Origin: Geosiphon pyriformis uo1
Lineage: Eukaryota > Fungi > Glomeromycota
Length of the DNA: 64,000 nt
Direction: 5' to 3'
Assembly: GCA_016748015.1 (NCBI GenBank)
Contig: JAAOMT010000029.1
Span: 236,896 to 300,895, forward strand
Made by a program: the position numbers and the translations under genes. Of this stretch, positions 1 through 12,530 are shown piece by piece. How positions within the stretch are numbered: the stretch's first letter is position 1; every line of letters begins with the position of its first letter. The notes beneath the pieces were generated by a model that made no database searches, had not been told where the DNA came from, and saw only the letters and a list, made by a program, of their open reading frames with translations.

Positions 1-529
1 AGAATACCGGGGCAGGGATGAAAAAGTTCAATTGAAATTAAATTTATTCGCTCAGTTTCCCAAATTCTAATTTTTCCTGATTCGAGGCCAATAGTGGGGG
101 ACTTCGTCGGATAAAATCTTATAATTCTGATATTTCAAAAAAAATTTAATTATAGAATACGTTATATGCTGATAATGGTTCATCTTGGGATGTATTTATT
201 TAATACCTCGCTGACGTTTGATAAAATATATTACATTAGAATAAATTATTTTGTCACTTCAGACTCCTTATTCTAAAAACCATTTCAAAACTATGTGGAG
301 TAAATTTGTTACTGTTTAAAAACCAAAAATCTTGCTTTCTTCTTGTACGGAAGTGTGATACAAAATTAGGATAATTTTCTTAAGACAGTAAAGAACTTAA
401 AAGATCGCAGTAATACTAACAATCTTAAATTGCACTTACGTGGTTATTTTTAATAACAAAAGACATTCTTATTTGTTTAATTTATTATTTAATTAAAGAG
501 CGACTCGAAAATTCGAAATGTATACACAA

Positions 530-1290
530 ATGGGTCCCCAAAAAGATCTCAAAAAACCAAGTATATAAGGCAAAAATGCTCAAGAAAGAGGACGCATTAT
601 TGGACGGTGTTAAAAATTGTCTTAAACGATTAGAATTAATAAAAAATACTGATTATTTAAAAAAGAAATAATAAAGGTCGAAAATCTCGGAGAAATTAAA
701 ATATCAAACTCCTATGTCCATTAGAACTTTAATGAAAATTCTAAAAAAAAAACAATATTAGATATTATATAAAGCGTAAGAAACGGCTAATTGGGGCTAA
801 AACCTACAAGCAATGGACCAAAGAGGATTAGTGACGTGTTCTTTTGACAGATGAATAAGCCCCAATTCTTATGGAAACTCTCATTTATGGTATCATATAA
901 GTGACGTAAAACTATCATGGTATAGGGGGATGTATTAGCAGAAAAGGGGGTGATCATTTGATTCGTACTCCCTCACGTATGACTCGTGAAGCATATGACT
1001 ATGACCAAAGAAGCAATATTCCAGGAAGATAACGCTCTAATTCACAATTATAAGTTTGTGAAAGAACTTCAAGGTAATTTTAACTTTGGAATGGCCTCGA
1101 CAATCTCCAGATTTTAGTCCAATAGAAAATATGTGGAGCAAGTAAAAATTGGATTCACCAGAACCGAAAGCCATGAACAGAAGGAGGCAGTCTTTACTGC
1201 TTGGAATGCTATTACATTAGATAATTCTTCAATTTATTGGCTCGATGCCAAAACTTGTTAAAGAATTTAGGTTTATATGACCCATTGGTA
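530..1290 (+). mobile_element. Decayed Tc1/mariner (Tc1-type DDE) transposase pseudogene
   Basis: Manual translation gives the Tc1 motifs in order: MGPQKDL (530), AKTYKQWTKED**RVLLTDE (about 796-855), IMV*G/CISRKG (about 915-950), IFQEDNALIH (about 1016-1045), LEWPRQSPDFSPIENMW (about 1086-1136). Several stops and frameshifts. No TIRs recognised. Confidence 0.9.
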
Positions 1291-1684
1291 GACGATAATA
1301 GTGAAAAAAGTTATCTTGAGAAAATCGTTCTTGAAGTTTTTAAAAAATATCACATGTCTTGTTAACAGAAATATAGATAGATCAGTTCTGAAACCTCATC
1401 TGCATTCCTTGCTCATTAAAAAAGAACATATTTGTATGATAGACCAAATATTTTTGGTTTAAAATGCTACAATTATCACGATTAGCAAATTTTTCATCAC
1501 GAGAACAAATTCTTTTTATCTTTAATCTAGCCAGGGGAGACTCTGATTATAATGATATGTATCATATAAACAAAAATTTATCCATTATAAATAAACGAAA
1601 CTTGATCTTGCCTAAATGTAAGAGGTATTACTTTTACCACTTCTCCATTCTTTTGCAAAGGTTAAAATTTTTCTATCAAGCAAA

Positions 1685-3167
1685 ATGGAATTTTTCGAAT
1701 TGTTCAGCCTCTCTGTAAAGGTATATTTAGATTTCCCTTGATTTTGTCAATTATAAGGTTCTGGCAATATGTGTAACCTTTTCTTATGTTTTTTAAATGT
1801 ACCTAGTCATGCTCTTTGATTATCACCGTGAGCTTGACAGGATTTTTTTGCGCTTGGAAAGGAATCATTACGCCCACTGTACAAGCGGTACGCTATCAAA
1901 GTTAAAATCAAATTAGAAGAAATTTTTATTCGATTGCTATTTTTAAAAGCTAAATTTTCCATTTTCTCAAACAGGGTCTTTGTAAATTAACGGTTCAGGT
2001 CCTTTTGCCATGCTTGCTTTTTGCTCAGGTTACTGTATGCATTGACAAAGAAAGCTTGATTCGTTTATGGCCACTGCCTACCTTTTTGTCAATTTTCTCG
2101 ATAATTAGTTCAATATTGGGAGCAATCGGTGGTAAAGCACTAGGTTTGCCAAAATCTCAAACCAAGTTTGTAATGACAGGCATTATTTTCAACAATGTCA
2201 CGAGTTTACCAATTGGGTTGATTCAAAGCTTAGTTTCAGCTGAGGCAATCAAGTTTTTGACTTGGGGTGATAATGACACTCCCCAAGAAGCTGCTTCCCG
2301 GGGAATATCTTATGCTTTATTAAATGTACTTTTGGCTAATATACTCAGGTTTGTTTTTTGTCAACCAGATTTCGTGATAAAAGTTCTAATATTGATATAA
2401 GTTTTTTTCTTGATTTACACTTCAGATTCAGTCTTGGAACTTGGCTTTTGAAGGAGGATTCTCAACCAAATGCTGATTTATATTCTGGTTTTGATGAAGA
2501 AAGAAGGAATTCCCACAGTTCAACTTCATTGTTAAACATACAATCACCTTTCAAGGGGACCAGTGAAAATACACCTTTGATCGGCCAGCCACTTGAAATT
2601 TCTCAAAGATCTGAAAATTCCAAAAAATGGATTTTGACAACGGTTGAATCAATTAAAAATTTTATGAATCCACCGTTGTACGCCGCGTTCTTTGCTATAC
2701 TAGTGGGTGGAATTCCCTCGTTGAAAAATCTATTCTTCGGTAAAGAGGCCTTATTTTATTCCACAATTACCAGGTCAATCGAATACATAGGAAATACTAC
2801 CGTTCCTGTGACACTTTTTGTCCTTGGTGCACAATTAAAAAATCTTGCGCCAGGGAAAAATCGGGAACTTCTTCCGGCAATAAGCTATATTTTATTTTGC
2901 AGATATTTGATCATGCCAATTTTCGGCATTTTTCTAGTGATAATGACTCAAAATTACTTTATCGATGATCCAATGCTTTGGTTCATCTTGATAATGGCAG
3001 CTGGTGGTCCATGTGCTATTGACCTTATGAATATGGCTAATGTGACAAACAACTTCCAAGAAGAGACAGCTACATTGCTATTTTATTCCTATGTAATACT
3101 TTCGCCAATTTTGACAGTTTATATGATGACTATTTTGACAATAATTGATAAATTGAGATCTAATTAA
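1685..3167 (+). CDS. Auxin-efflux-carrier / PIN-like (PILS, Mem_trans family) membrane transporter, about 410 aa, 4 exons
   Basis: Exons 1685-1720, 1807-1887, 1975-2348 and 2426-3167 join in frame through GT..AG introns. Motifs: LLPCLLF, FNNVTSLPIGL, RGISYALL, FMNPPLYA, IGNTTVPVTLFVLGAQL. Two TM blocks are separated by a hydrophilic loop. Confidence 0.9.
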
Positions 3168-6100
3168 AATTAATAGGCAGTCCATTGTGACACTAAAATT
3201 ACTTTACAACCCATTAATATAATAATAACAATCAAATAAATCTTATATACCGATTTTTTCCTTAGATTTAACATAATAATATGAAGAAATGTTAGAAGGT
3301 ATTCAAAAAATTAATTAATTTTAAAATAAAATCAACGGTCAAGATTTTACCTGGCACTATGGTAAAACCCACAGTTTCTGCTCTTCATATCGATATGTTT
3401 TGTGTTAATCTCTCTTTGGCAAATGAAGAATTTACCTTTTAAGATATTCTCTTTATTAAAGCGATTTACTAATTAATTCTTCGTTTCACAATCATTGAAT
3501 CTTTGACAACGTTTAATTATAAGAGCATTTTAGGGCTAGTTTGAACTTTTAAATTTTAAGGTAAAGCATTTGGATTGCTTTCGAAAATGATTGCCAAGAA
3601 GAAAGCAAATAATTGTGTTTGTCTAATAAATTTTCAGAAGGACAAATATTTTGAAAATACTGACTATTTTGTTAATAAATGCTAACATGTTAAATTTTTC
3701 CTAGCCTTCTTTAAGATCCACTGGAATCTTTAAAGCTCTAATCGGCTTTCTTTTCGTTAATATTTGAAAAGTGATTAAACATGATGAAATGTTCAAGATT
3801 ACTTGATAGTTTCAAGTGTCCTTTGTTGTTAATTAATTAAATTTTTTTTAATATTCGAATCCATTGTTTTGCGAAATGGAAAAGTTCTTTGATTTATTAT
3901 TATTTCGCCGATTTTGAACACGTATTGTTTGAATTTCCTTATCAAGATTTTTCATAATATTTTTGTTCAAAATTTCGATGAAAAGTTTAAAATTGGTCTT
4001 TAAAGTTTTGATTCATTTGAGAAGAAAATCATATGGTATTCTATAAAACGTATTTCGACGACAAATTGCTATTGATTTTCTCGATACCGAACGTAAAAAT
4101 TATTTTTCCTAAATCTTTCCAACTTTTCTCTTTTTGATTCCTTGGAGAAACCAAAAATTCACAATTAAAAAACTGGAATAACAATGCTTACTAAAGGTTT
4201 GCATAAACAAAAGTTTAGATTTTTATGATTAGGTGAAATAAATCACCATAAACTATCTAACCTCTAATATTTGTAAAAAGGTTTATGTGAATTAAATATC
4301 ATATAAACATCTTAAAAGTTTTCTTTTTCAGTAATTTTTCTGTCATATCCCAAACTATTTCATTTTTGTTGGCAAATCGAAAACACTTTTAAGGCTAACT
4401 AGAGGAATATTTAAGAATGAAATAATGGTTAGGTTTGTTTATGGTCTGGAAAGTTTTCCTATATCGGTTGATTCTTATTGCAGAGCATTTTTCTTTCTAC
4501 TCCATTTTTTTCATGTCACCTACCATCTCTTATACATGTCCTTACTTTGGCCACAGAGCTGCTTATCATACGTCGTTTACAAAACAGTTTGAATTGGCTA
4601 ATAGCTTTGTCAATTATTAAATTTAAAAACTTCTTCAATCTGCATTATTAAAATTACTTGGCGGGAAGGGTCTAGAGAACAATTAGCATTTAATTTTCAG
4701 CATTAAAGATGGCATTTTTGGATTCTCAAAATTTATAATCAGCTGTAACTTGAGACAAAAATTTGTGGCTCTTGATGAAAAAACTAGCTGTGACCCAAGC
4801 ATAACTTTAACACTGGGGATAATTAGGGCTTTCTTTCCTTCTGAATTTAAACCAATAAAATAGTTTACAAATTTCTCAGGTATGTTGAATCTAAACAACT
4901 ACTCTGAAATTGAAGGAGAAGATAACCACCCTTATACTTCTCATTGACTATTGTTTAAGTATTATATGCCTCAAAGCTTGAATATAATTTTAAAACTTTG
5001 CAGCATAGAAACCTTAGGCGTTATTGGCCATATAAATTCGTACTTGATAAATTTCTCCAATCACTCGTAGGTGATTTAGCAATTCGAGATGTCTTAAAAT
5101 TTTTCGAGACTACGCACCACACAAGAAACAATATAATTTTTATCAATTTGATCTAGTCTCGGGATGAAGTTGGACATCAATTGGTCTCGTAATATTTTTT
5201 GCCAATAATTAAATTATTCCTCGAGATCAAGATTCAAAAGGATTTACACGATTATTGGAGAAAACAATGAAAGGATTGCACTAAAAATTACAATCTTTAT
5301 ATATTTGGACTGAAACTGTCTCTTTTTGATTTAAAACCCTTTTGACGTTGATAAAAAAACGCTGCTAGAGACATACATAATGGCTATCCTAAAACAAACA
5401 GAATCACACAATTTGAATGATTTTCCTGATATTCGGAGAACTTTTCAAAAACATGCCAAGATCATCAAAGCAAACTAAAGTTGTTTTCATTCAGCTGTTC
5501 AAATTATTTTCTTAGTTGGTAAGCAAACGAATTCCATTGTTGTTCATTATTCAAAAAGATGATATGCCGATAAAATCTTTAGTTAGGTAATTTCAGCATG
5601 CTCAACAAAGTAAATATTAGGAAATAAAAATTAAACCCTTTTTTTCCGAGTCAAAGAAGCATATTTATCCTGAAAATCAAATTTCTTTTAGCTACCAATA
5701 ATTTATGTGTAATTAATTGCAATTTTGCCATTGTTTTTAAGGATCGAAACAACTCATGTTTTCTTTTGACGATGAAATGATTCAAGAATTATACAATCTT
5801 AGAAAGAAGTCAAAAAATTGCCAGGAAAGTTTTCCATTTAATTGAATAAAAAAAGAAAAAACAAAGCTTATTTTAAAAGTGTCAGGATATCAGCTCAATG
5901 AATGGGCTATGAAATGTCTAAATTTTTTGATTCCAAGTTTTTTCAGCCAATTTTAAACTCACAAAAAGTAGAAATAAATCAAGTTTTCTTTCTCAATAAA
6001 CTTATGGTACATTTTGATTATCCTTCCCCGATTCGTTTTTATGTGATATTTATTTAGCTCTTAAAACTTTTGTCATATGAACACCAATAAACTAACATTG

Positions 6101-8506
6101 CATCAATATTTATTACTGTTTGCTCAGAAGCTCTGAGTTGTTATTTTTTCGGATTTTTTCCTGTCGCCAACATGAAAAATTACAATGGAAAAAAATATTT
6201 ACTTTGAAACCAATAGTTTTTGTTAATTCCGAAATATTAGATAATTTACATTGGTATTGATTAAATAAATAAATAAATTTATGGCGTTTCTTTTAATATT
6301 AAATTCTCAGGAGGTGATCATTTAATTTGCAGAGTACCCCAACAGTTAGTTGAGTTCGATTATACTGCAGCAAATCGAAAAATGAGAGTTTTTCTTTCAA
6401 TTGCGCTGCAATTTGATTTGGGATCAAGAGCAAGGACCAATTTAGTGTTTCAGTAACTTCAAATACTTTAGGTTTTCCATCATAATAACGAAAGAAAGCT
6501 AAACAAGGGATCAATGCCTAGAAGAGTCAGGGTCAGATAAAGAGATAGGAAAATCCAGTTTGGAAAGAATTACTAGGGGCAAGCAAAGCTTTTGAAATTT
6601 ATGTTGTTTTGAAATCTTCAAAATTCTTCTTTACCTATTCTATTTATACAAGCTTTTTAATTAAAGAAATATTTATTTCCCCAAGTTTTTCAATAACAAG
6701 AACGAGCTAGTGAGTTATTTCCTTGCTATTTTAAATATTCTTTCAAGAACCAGAAGGATAAAAGTTCGATCCATTCAAATCATATATAAAGAACGGAAAT
6801 TATAAGCATTAAACGTTGGTGAACTATTCCTGCAGGAATAATTAATTCCCCACCTATCTTATTCACATTCTTTTGAATTTCCTCAAACAACCATTCTTAA
6901 AAGTTCACGTGGCTTAATATGAAATAGATGGACCCATCTACTCTATGAAACTTAAGAATTTTTGAGTCCTACTGTCTCATTCTAATTCAAAAGTTCTCCC
7001 GTGTGACAATGAATTGAAACATTTCATTAATCCGTTTGAAATATGGAGCGAAACATTGAATGGCTTAAGCAAGATTTGATTAAATATGATCACGTATTGC
7101 ATAACCAGGAAACTATTACAAATTTTGGCGCTTCAAATTTTGACAAGCAGCTTTGTGTCGATAATTCAACGCTTTTGTATGTATGCTTGCTAGGAAACTT
7201 CTCCTTTTGACATTTTATTTTGAACAAATTCGTTTTTTACTAATGATCTTTCGCCTTAAATAGATCTTGATCTATTCGTCATTTTTCCAAAATGTTAATC
7301 GATCGTTACACGATTGCGCCGAAAAACTTTAAATTAAGTGGGTTCTAATGATGGCAAATTTATATGATGTATTTTTTTTATGAACACAGCTCATGATGGC
7401 ATACCTTATACTTTTAAACCGATACTTTTTGTTTATTTTCGTTTCTTTGAACTATTTTTCGATACTTGCATTAAAAATACCAAATTTCCCTTTCGCTTTC
7501 GTATTTATTTCCTCTCGAAAAAATAGTAGTCATCGTATTACAGATACCCTTGATGTAGAGAATTTTCGTTCAACAAATAAAAATTTAGCCAATATATCAT
7601 TTTATCTTTATATCTTTAATGAAAAAAAATTTTAAATTGCTACAGTCGTTTCAAAAATATTTTGAAGTTTGAATATAATGGACTAGATCTATAACATTTA
7701 TACTTGAATATCTTTGTTGAATTATATCTGAAAAATGCTTATTAAATATATTTAGATGAGATCAAATACAAAACTCAGTAAGAGGAATGCCAGATTATTT
7801 GACATAGTCAAAGAGATCAATGCTATAGAAAAAATTTTACATTTGGCACAAAATGTTAATCCCATTAATTTCATTTTATTCTCACTGTAAAATTTCAATT
7901 CACGAAAGGATAAATTGTCAGCAAAGAAATTATTTCTTGCTTTTATTTATATAAAATGAAGCACTGAAATACTGCTTCAATAAAAAATACAAAATTTGAT
8001 AATATCAACGTTAACCTAAGGGATAAAAAATAAGGAATGGGTATATATTCACAAGGGTAAGGAAATATTCACAAAGGCAGAAATACAAAGATATAAGGAA
8101 AGTAAAATAAGAGAATTTTTGATACAAATTAGTTGGACGCAAACAAATTTTGTGAAAGAAAAATTTCAGAGTTAAGTAAATGCGGGGTTGCCCATAAAAA
8201 AGTGAAAAAACCCCAATTGCTTAGTGAAAGTCTAAATGGAAGCACAGTGAGATTGGTGGTCAAGGATAGGTTTACAGATAATTAATTAGATTCCCAAAAA
8301 TAATAGATAATAAAGGTTGGGTCAAAAGATTTCACAAAAATTAATAACTCTGTAAGCGAAACCCACCAAATATTGAACCATGAAAAAACGGCAAATGGCG
8401 GAAAAAACTCTCCCAAATGTAAGAGGTAAGGAGTATTGGATTCGGGTTCGGGTTCGGAAGAATGTCGCATCTATTATATCGACTTTTAATTGTTTATCTT
8501 CAAACT

Positions 8507-10648
8507 TTAGACGTCAAAACCAAATACGCCGGCCCTATGATGGGAATTGGCGTACTGCTTGATTTGTGAATGTTGTTGACGATAAGGGGGTGGTGAGAGT
8601 GGTGTTTGATAAAAAGCGTAAGGGAAAGAATTTTCCGATTTTTCATTATTACCATTGGGTCCAAGTGAATGCTGATTTGCCGATGATATACTAGAAGCGG
8701 CTAGCATATTCGTGATCGATGAAACAGAAGGTGGAGGGTGATGTGGCGGAGATTTTGGGGCGGCAGGTCTATTGAAAGTATGATTTAAATGTTTGTATTG
8801 TTGGTGAAATTTGGATAGATTGGCGAGTTCAAGATTTTGTTGATGGAGTAAATAATCAATGTCGTAGTCAAATCCAGGAGCGACATCGAGATCAAAGCCA
8901 TTTGATTTTTGATCAAAAATATTTCGATTAAAGGAGGTTTGACGTAGAAGAGAAGTAGAAGTGGAAGGGAATAAAGGATGATGATTATGTTTTAATTGAT
9001 TATATTGATTCTGTAAAGATTTGCGAGATAATTGATTTTTAATATTATGATGAGCAGCATACCCGTCGTATGGAAATGGTGGGGGCAAATCCACGTTAGA
9101 AGCCTGAGAGCTTCTTTGAGCATTTCCATTTATATGTTGCATTTGAGCAAGTTGTAGTTGTTGCTGTTGTTGTTGTTGTAGTTGTTGTTGCTGTTGCTGT
9201 TGCTGTTGTTGCTGCATTTGAATTAATTGCTGCAATTGAATTGCTTGCTGTTGTTGAAGAGATAAAGGTGGCACATGTAAATTTAAATTTCCAGAGGAAT
9301 TTGATTGTAATGATCCCTGAACAAACGATCGACTATCAATCAGTGGTCCTGAAACCAAAGGATTAAGGAAGCGGCTGTCGACTCCACGAAATTTCAAATC
9401 ACTTGCGTCAAGAACTTCAGGGGGTAATTGATCGGTAGTTTGATGTGGATGATAGGCATTAGGAGGAATTTGAAATCCACCATATAAAGATGGATTGATA
9501 CTATGTTGTGCAGGGATCAAGTGTGCCGGGATATTTGGAGGCATTTGTCCAAGAATGGTATTTGGAATTTGTGGTGGGGGTTGTGATAATAGAGTTGGGG
9601 ATAATTGATCTGCAGCCAAGTGCTTTTCAAGAATATTAGCCACACGTACGCTTTCCTCAACTTGGAAATCCAAATCAGCTCCCCACAGACAAAATTTAAT
9701 TTGAAGTTGATGAGTGATACTGATGAATCGACCAGAATAAGTTGGTTGGACGCTTCTCGGAATGAATAAATTAATTGTATGAACGCATTCACCATCATAC
9801 TCAGGAGATACAGGTTGAAGATAACGAATCTCTTGCCGAGGAACAACAAGCGCAGCTGCTTGTTCCTTAATATGACGCGTTTCATTTGGATTATTGCATC
9901 GGAAATCCATGCACGTCTTTAGTTGAATTTCGACACGTTCTACACTTATACCTGGCCGTAAAAATTTTATTCGCATTGGAATTGATACATAAGTTCCCAG
10001 ATTGAGATTCTTATTCGGTGGTAAAACAAAAGTATAATCGAGACCGCTCCGGGATTCACCACGTAATTTGTAGGGTGGATTATTTTGATTATCCATGACA
10101 AGAGTTTTCTTTAAAGGACATAAGACTTCGACAATGTGAGTGTTCCCAATAACCATGTTTGCCCTTCGATGAACCGTAGCGCGAAGTAAATAACCAACAG
10201 ACCCAATATCAGTTGTTACTGTTTCCGGTAGATTATAAGGGAGTTTAAATTTAAATGGGATATCTAGATTTTGAATCTCCCTCTGATCTTCAGACTCCCA
10301 AATTTTGTGAGAATCATCTACTAAAATTTGTTCACCCATATATAATGCTTTTGATCTAGCCTGCGCTTTAAACCAGGAAGTCTTCTCGGTTCCTTTCAAA
10401 TGAAGAATCACACTTCTTACTTGCCGTGGTTGTGCATAATTCAAATGTAAAACACCAACAAGATAGGTATCTGTGTCTCCTAATTGCCCTTGTTGAAATG
10501 TTGCTGCATCTTCAGCGTAAGAGAAAGAAATATGTTTATTAGCTTTAAGATATGAGCTAGGTGGAGGCCGAGTTTTTGAAGATGTAATTATGGGAGGTAG
10601 TTGTGTATCAGTTGAATGTATTGATGCTGCTGATGAAAGCATTGTCAT
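8507..10648 (-). CDS. Alpha-arrestin (ART-like ubiquitin-ligase adaptor) with long Q/H/P-rich tail and PPxY motif, 713 aa, intronless
   Basis: N-terminal arrestin-fold motifs: GVLHLNY...VRSVILHLKGTEKTSW, IPFKFKLPYNLPET, GSVGYLLRATV, ISITHQLQIK. PolyQ tract and C-terminal PPPY. Confidence 0.85.
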   Translation of the reverse strand: MTMLSSAASIHSTDTQLPPIITSSKTRPPPSSYLKANKHISFSYAEDAATFQQGQLGDTDTYLVGVLHLNYAQPRQVRSVILHLKGTEKTSWFKAQARSKALYMGEQILVDDSHKIWESEDQREIQNLDIPFKFKLPYNLPETVTTDIGSVGYLLRATVHRRANMVIGNTHIVEVLCPLKKTLVMDNQNNPPYKLRGESRSGLDYTFVLPPNKNLNLGTYVSIPMRIKFLRPGISVERVEIQLKTCMDFRCNNPNETRHIKEQAAALVVPRQEIRYLQPVSPEYDGECVHTINLFIPRSVQPTYSGRFISITHQLQIKFCLWGADLDFQVEESVRVANILEKHLAADQLSPTLLSQPPPQIPNTILGQMPPNIPAHLIPAQHSINPSLYGGFQIPPNAYHPHQTTDQLPPEVLDASDLKFRGVDSRFLNPLVSGPLIDSRSFVQGSLQSNSSGNLNLHVPPLSLQQQQAIQLQQLIQMQQQQQQQQQQQLQQQQQQQLQLAQMQHINGNAQRSSQASNVDLPPPFPYDGYAAHHNIKNQLSRKSLQNQYNQLKHNHHPLFPSTSTSLLRQTSFNRNIFDQKSNGFDLDVAPGFDYDIDYLLHQQNLELANLSKFHQQYKHLNHTFNRPAAPKSPPHHPPPSVSSITNMLAASSISSANQHSLGPNGNNEKSENSFPYAFYQTPLSPPPYRQQHSQIKQYANSHHRAGVFGFDV
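9150..9255 (-). repeat. CAA/CAG trinucleotide repeat encoding polyglutamine inside the arrestin gene
   Basis: (TTG/CTG)n on the + strand, in frame with the arrestin ORF. Confidence 0.9.
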
Positions 10649-12000
10649 ACTTTTGGTAGAATCGAAAGGAAAAAAGAATCGTTATCAACGAAGATGTCAA
10701 TTTCAAGATTTTTCGGTCTTCTGAATATATTAAAAAAAATAATAAAAATGTTAAGTTTGGGTGGTAGATATTGTTGAAAACCTCTTTTAACATCTATTGA
10801 GCCCATGATCCTGACCGAATAAAACCTACGCAGTTTATTCAAAGATATCAAATAATCAAAATAAATAGCCTTGACACTTTTTTTATGCTTGCAAACAAGG
10901 GCTTAAGTCTTTGGCAATAAAATATTTAATATTACCTTAGTATTATTAAACTTGTTTATTGCCTTGACCAAAACGTAGAGACTAATTAGGAAAATTTCTC
11001 ACTTACGAGTGTTTAAGTATACGAAGTTACTGTGTAAGGAACGTTTGAATCGTAATACTTTCAAAGATTCGAAATATCAGTTTGATTTATGCTGAAGTTT
11101 TACAGTATTCCGAGTTTGCTGCTTGATGGTATATTAAATAAAGAGTGGAGAAATTCTTAAAGAAGACGATTGTAGATTCGTGATAAACTTGGTTAAAGGC
11201 ATGAAATTACCAATCCAATAAATTGAAATGAAGATTTTAAATTTTTATAAGAGGTTTAACACTCGTAGCCAGTATTTGTGAAATAAAAAAAAAGAAGAGA
11301 AGCAATTTACAAAAATTTGATAGTTAAAATTAAATTAATGTTTAGCATTCAAAAAAAATCAAAATCAAAATGATTAAAGAGAAAAAACGGATGGACGTTT
11401 AAATTGATATTCCGTTTAAAAAGCTCTATAATATTACAAATTCCTGAGTTACACAATAACCAGCATTCAAAATATGTTTATATATATGGCTAATGGGAAA
11501 ATGCCAAGTTTTTTATTACACTTAACTAGTCTGGGACTCAAATATTCTGTGTAGAAATGTTTTAAGCAGGGTGTCGATCCATCAACAAATCTAGAGTGTC
11601 TAGAATCAAAAGTTTTTAATTATTTAAAAAAATGTTTGTTTTATTAAAGATCCAAAGATCTACTTCGTTTTGAAAGTCTTTTATTCTTATTTTTGTTACC
11701 ATTCCATGGCTTTCAGCATGTGATTACTTTCTGATTAGTTAATTTTTTGACCTACTTTTTGTTGGGGATTCATCATGATTAAGATTTCAATGAAAATTCT
11801 AATTTGGGCTTATCCTTTTGTTTGCAAAACAGTGCATCGGCTCACAAGCAGTTTTGGAAGTTTCCTTTTGTACATGTAATGCATCATATGTCCCACATAA
11901 GTTTATTGAAGAAATACTTTAAATCACGTGACAAATATTTGCTCATGTGTTTGAGAAGACTTGTATGTGTGAAAATTTTTGTTCTTATGTGGTTAGCTAT

Positions 12001-12404
12001 CATGCTTTGGCAAAGTTGCATTCTCCTATAATTATTAAAGCATGAAAGACATTTGTTCGCTCCACTGTTTACTTCAACTGCCCGCCTGAAAATTCGAGCG
12101 TTCTCGAGTATTACCACCAATACCTAAGGAAACAACTTGACTTTAGCGACCTGTTTAAGGATCTGGAGACTATTATGGGGGCTTCGAATTAAATTCTTAT
12201 TTCTTTACCGATAAGCAAATCAAAAGAGATGGGCTTTCAGTGATAACTATTAGCTACCATTTTGATGACCAATTATCTTTTTGTGGGAAATTAAACATAT
12301 ACCTTGTCTGAGTGCCTAATACTGACCTAGGGTTGCGTGCTAATTATAACCATGATTCAAAGATACCTGATTACCTGCATTTTGCCATTCAAAGATTGTC
12401 TTAG
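12001..12404 (+). pseudogene. Intronless coding-like relic, possibly a HAD-superfamily phosphatase
   Basis: The frame from 12165 reads GDYYGGFELNSYFFTDKQIKRDGLSVITISYHFDDQLSFCGKLNIYLV(TGA)VPNTDLG. FT..K......I.YHFDD resembles HAD motifs III/IV. A preceding frame, HALAKLHSPIIIKA(TGA)KTFVRSTVYFNCPP..., is also coding-like. HAD motif I was not found. Confidence 0.3.
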
Positions 12405-12530
12405 ATCTCCCAAAAGCCGGCAATCGTTGGATCACGCATTTGATTCTCAAAGATCCATCCTCAAAGATATAAAATTTCTGTTGTGCTCTCATGCTATTAG
12501 CATTTGCTTTCTTCATGATACTCCAGCAGA

